A DNA stretch of 64,000 nucleotides from Lama guanicoe. Lineage: Eukaryota. Positions 60,001 to 64,000 of this stretch are shown piece after piece. Each line of letters opens with the position of its first letter. Positions within the stretch are counted from its first letter, which is position 1. The translations under genes and the position numbers were made by a program. The stretch covers positions 744,001 through 808,000 of the forward strand of contig MU055549.1 of assembly GCA_013239625.1 (NCBI GenBank), given 5' to 3'. Under the pieces are notes generated by a model, which made no database searches, had not been told where the DNA came from, and saw only the letters and a program-made list of their open reading frames with translations.

Positions 60001-61588
60001 GGCAGCCACCTTCCTCCAAGACGACAGGGGGCCACAGGGCTGGCAAAACATGGTACCACGGAGTCCAGGAGGGGCCAAGTGACAGCCACACCCCTGCCTC
60101 CCGGTGCTCGTCTGCACTTGCAAATGTCGCACCAGGTACAGGTACCCATGCGCCTGCAGGTGCGGATCCACCAGGTGTGCAGATCATGGCCGCTCGCTCC
60201 ACCATGCGGTGCCCACAAGGGACACCAGAGCCACCCCAGGAGTGGCCCCAGCCCAGGTCCCCCTCAGTCACACTTCAAGGGGCTCCCAAGTCACCTCCTG
60301 CTGCCATTTCTGCTCACAACCATGTGGCCCTGGAGATGGTCACTTTCTTCCATGAGAGCGCCTGGCCTGGCCTGGCGTGGGCAGAAGCAGCGCATCCTGA
60401 CACTCCCGGTGGTTAGTACCGGACACCCTGGTTCTTTCTCGGCAAACAGAGCCGTCGGGGGCAGGTCGGACGCAGGTGCCTGCCAGGACACGGAGGGCGT
60501 TTATCCTTCGCCACAGAGAGCGCTGGCAGTGTTCCATCCCCGGGACAAAGCCCGTCCAGGCCACAGCGGCACAGGCCCCACCAGAGGCCGGACCCTTCTC
60601 TGCTGGGCACCTCCTCCAGGCCCCTGGGCACACCGAAGTCGGCATCCTCCGGGGCAGCCCCAGGCAGGGGTCTGGGCTGGGGAAGGCAGGTGCCTGGGGG
60701 CGCCCCCCCCCCGGTGGGGTCTTCCCTCCCTGACCCGTGGCTCCCGCCCACTCTGCCCCCACCTCCCCCACCGCACCCATGATGGGCCTCCCATCTTGCC
60801 GATCTCCAAAGTGGAGCCTCAAGCTCTGTCCTCGGCTGGGGCTCCCCATGAGCCGCCCTGGTGGGGGTCCACACTGAGGGCAGCCACGTCCAACCCGCAG
60901 CTGGGACGGCCTCCTCCGCCCCAGGACCCCTTCCCTGATCAGAGCACGTTTGCTGGCCCAACTCCAGGCCCTGGGCGCAGGGAAGAGAGCTGGGGAGGAA
61001 GGCACAGTATGAGAACCCCAGCACCCAGCACACCGAGGTGGCCGCTGCCGGGAGGCAAGGGCCCAGGCGGCTGGGGCTGGACCAGCACGAGCGCCTGCCG
61101 TCCGCCTGCTCACCCGGAGCCAGGCCCTCGGCCCGGGAGGGCGGTGAGTGAGTTCCTGTGAATGGGACGGGCGACGTCACTGCAAGGCTGGTGGTGCCTC
61201 TGAAGGAACAGGGTTCCAACTCCTGGATTCCCGCAGAAAACGCAGGCAGATTGGACCCGCCCAGGACGGCCAATGGGGCGCTGTCTCCTCAGGCCCGAGC
61301 AGACTAGCCGAGCCACCTGCTTAAGTGAATGGCCACTCGGGATGGTTCTTATGGAAGGACAGGATTTAACAATCTTTTTTGAATCTAAAAATTGCCCTCT
61401 GAGCGTCCCCTGCTCAGGGTACGAGATGTTGCTTTGGCGCCATCTCCTGGTGAATATGAGCATCTGCAAGCTCCTGCCTGTGCTGCAGCCCCCCACACCC
61501 TCATGCCGTCACAGCCCCCTAGGTCACAGCCCTCCCCAGGCCATTGCTCCCCTCTGCCACTGTCTCCCCAGGCCGCAGGCCCCCCCCC

Positions 61589-61788
61589 NNNNNNNNNNNN
61601 NNNNNNNNNNNNNNNNNNNNNNNNNNNNNCTCATCACCAGGTGCAGCTNNNNNNNNNNNNNNNNNNNNNNNNNNNNNNNNNNNNNNNNNNNNNNNNNNNN
61701 NNNNNNNNNNNNNNNNNNNNNNNNNNNNNNNNNNNNNNNNNNNNNNNNNNNNNNNNNNNNNNNNNNNNNNNNNNNNNNNNNNNNNNNN
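61589..61788. other. Two assembly gaps (61589-61629 and 61649-61788) around a 19-bp island
   Basis: N runs that begin right after a poly-C tract. Confidence 0.99.
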
Positions 61789-62587
61789 AAATATTGCTCC
61801 AATGCCATTAATCTTGTAAAAATTAAATTTTCCTCCCTTTGACAGCCAGAGGCCATCAGGCTGTGGTGGGAGGGTGGCCATTAGCTGGCCCACCCTGCCC
61901 AGGACGCCAGAGCACAGGGTCCTCTCCACCAGGACATCCAGGGAACACTGCAGAGATGGCTCCACGCGTGACACACGGAGGGTGATGGGAGGGCACAAAG
62001 GGGACGCACTGCAGGGCCAGGGTCAGGCGGGCTTTACCGCAACCCACCACAGTCCTGGTCAGCAGACGGGTGACAAATGTGCACACACGCACGCGCACAC
62101 CGTGCTGAGTCTAGGACAAGGTCCAGACCAGGAGCATGGAGACCACCGACCACTTCCCACCAGGAAGCACGGCTGTTCCAGGTACCCAGTTACCCTGCAG
62201 GCCGTGAACGTGCCCACGGTGGACCATGGCTGCAGGAGGGGACCACCGGGGGACACAGCACCGTTGGGCACCCACACCCTCCTTGGGAGCTTGGGCTTCG
62301 TCCCCTCTCCCAGACACTGTCCAGTCCTGTGGACACCACGAGACACGGCCTCAGGGCCTCAGACCTGGCCTTGACCCACGCCCAGTGCAGTGCTGTCCTG
62401 TGCAGTCAGTCTCGCCCCAGGGGATGCCGTCCGGGAGCCAGCAGCCAGCCGGGACACCAGCTAACCTGTCACCAGTGCATTGAAGACCAAGACAGGAAAA
62501 CACTGAGGGCTCTCACTGTGAGATGCTTTAAATCGACAGTAGGCAGGCAAGGAGGAGCAGGCTGGGTGTAAGGTCGCCGTCAGCTGC

Positions 62588-62631
62588 CCCGGCACACGCC
62601 CGGCACACACTCGGCACACGCCCGGCACATG
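62588..62631. repeat. Four copies of an 11-bp unit, CCCGGCACACG
   Basis: cccggcacacg cccggcacaca ctcggcacacg cccggcacatg. Confidence 0.85.
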
Positions 62632-63329
62632 CACGGATGCACACTCTTCCAGGGCACAGTTTGTAGCAGACCGTTCCATCGTATGCCTGGTCCTCGGTGT
62701 AAAAATGTTTAATTCTTGGTATTTCAAATTACTTCCAATTTTTGTTATCAGACAACTTTTGATGATTGTCCTCATCATACACAACGGTGTGCAAGACGCT
62801 TACTTCTCCAGTGAAGTCGCTGAGTTACGGGAAGGCTCTTTCTCAGGTTTCTGTTTTCCACTGCAGATTGTGAGACGATGTTTTGAGATCAATCTCAAGG
62901 GACAAGGAAAGACCAAACACCGCACTCAGCCCCGGGGCCCCTGCGGCGATAACCTCAGTCCGCTGAGCATTTCAGCAGCAGCAGAAACACAGCTACTGAG
63001 ACGCCTGTCGTGACAGGTGACACCTAGCAGACCACAGGAAACTAGAAAACTGAGCACTTCAGAAAACCCTGAAAAACTTGCCTGGTGTGTGAGACACAGA
63101 CAGGCAGCAGCGACAGAGGGGCTCCCGGCCCTCCTGAGGCTGCAGCTTCTGTGCAAGAACCCAGGCCCCGTCCACCCATGAGCTGTGCCTACTCCTCACT
63201 GCTCGTTCAGCCCCGGGGCGCCCAAGGCCCCGCGAGGACGCTCCCTTAGCAGAGGGGTGGCCTCAGCCCAGGAGAGACCCCCAGCTGCCCCTCACCTTCC
63301 GTCTCTGCCCCTAGACACACCCCCACTCT

Positions 63330-63670
63330 GATCTTGCTTTGGGTTAACTTATTCTTCATTTTAAAACTTTCTACGGCAAGCATTTAACGCCAGAAGTTTC
63401 CCTCGAAGCGCTACTTAAGACGCGTCTCATAGATTCTGACGGTTTTTACTTTGCTTTTCATGTTATCGGAAACAACTTCTAATTTCCTTTGTGACTCGTG
63501 GGTTGTCTACAAGTTTGCTATTTATTTCCAAATGTCAGGGAGTTTTCCGGACATGCTTCTGTTTACTCGTCACACAGCTCCTTTGTGGTCGGAGAGCGGG
63601 GCCACGTGACTCCTGCCTCTCGCGCCCAGGTGAGTCTTCAGCCCAGATTTCAGTGTGTGGAACGTTCCAC
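63330..63670 (-). mobile_element. Diverged L1M ORF2 fragment (end of endonuclease region)
   Basis: gcatttaacgccagaagtttccctcgaagcgctac..tctaatttcctttgtgactcgtgggttgtctacaagt..tttccaaatgtcagggagttttccggacat..tgtggtcggagagc is colinear with recalled antisense L1 ORF2. Confidence 0.72.
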
Positions 63671-64000
63671 ACACACCCAGAGGCCAAGACGCGTCCAGGC
63701 CCAGGAAGGCTTGTGCTCTGGCCGCCAGGGTGGGCACATCCGAGTCCTGGGGACGGACCCGCCTCCAGCCGGTCTCCCCAGGAAGGTTAAGAGCCAACCT
63801 CATCCTCCGAAGAAGTCTCTGCTGACACACCTTCCACCTTCGTTTGGAAAGACGTCTTTGAAGAAGAGCCGACAGCTGCCGTTTCCAGGCCGGGGCTGCC
63901 CCGGGCCATGTCCTTGTCCCTTGGCTGCGCCACTGACCCCAAAGCCAGGGTCCCGGGGGCGTCACTGAGCTCTCGCTGGCTGGTGCCCCACTGGGCACGG

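Larger units (their letters stand above)
1..64000 (-). other. INPP5A: Window lies wholly within the INPP5A transcription unit (part of intron 4 to part of intron 9)
   Basis: Exon order on the minus strand is 39.4k, 32.4k, 26.4k, 24.8k, 15.6k. I saw no sequence encoding exon 4 (..ENYKSQEHFT) or exon 10 (TLCTKATMQT..). Confidence 0.85.

Noticed and set aside
59869-61161. Longest ORF (430 aa, + strand) and other long ORFs such as 13222..14151, 29294..30127 and 50651..51499
   Set aside because: They are P/G/R/A-rich with no recognisable domain, overlap similar ORFs in other frames, and one starts inside an L2 relic. This is expected from stop-codon scarcity at high GC.
1-64000. A novel multi-gene system, or an intronic miRNA/snoRNA
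   Set aside because: I found no second gene and no C/D, H/ACA or pre-miRNA pattern that I could support by eye. An Infernal/Rfam scan would be needed to exclude them formally.

Overview
This is mammalian genomic DNA, very GC- and CpG-rich (subtelomere-like), and the whole window lies inside one gene: INPP5A (type I inositol 1,4,5-trisphosphate 5-phosphatase) on the minus strand. Five internal coding exons with canonical AG/GT ends and matching phases (64, 104, 53, 120 and 85 nt; exons 5-9 by recalled human numbering, about residues 103-244, including the GDFNFR catalytic motif) splice into one open 142-codon frame. I did not find exons 4 or 10, so the rest is intron. A tRNA-Ala-derived Vic-1-type SINE with a 16-bp target-site duplication points to a camelid. 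The introns also hold old L1 (one internally deleted), MLT1, L2 and MIR relics, a 32-bp minisatellite, shorter tandem repeats, a 222-bp tandem duplication that looks like an assembly artefact, and three N gaps. The remaining six-frame ORFs appear to be GC-content artefacts, and I see no evidence for a new protein-coding system. The best leads are: (i) a series of AT-rich, homeodomain/HMG-motif-dense islands that could be long-range enhancers for the neighbouring NKX6-2; (ii) candidate stop-containing (poison) cassette exons, two of them inside such islands; (iii) local AT-to-GC drift seen in an L1 fossil and in INPP5A amino-acid changes. These leads are inferences and need alignment or RNA-seq checks. 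Comparisons with human INPP5A and repeat consensus sequences are from memory, not from a search.
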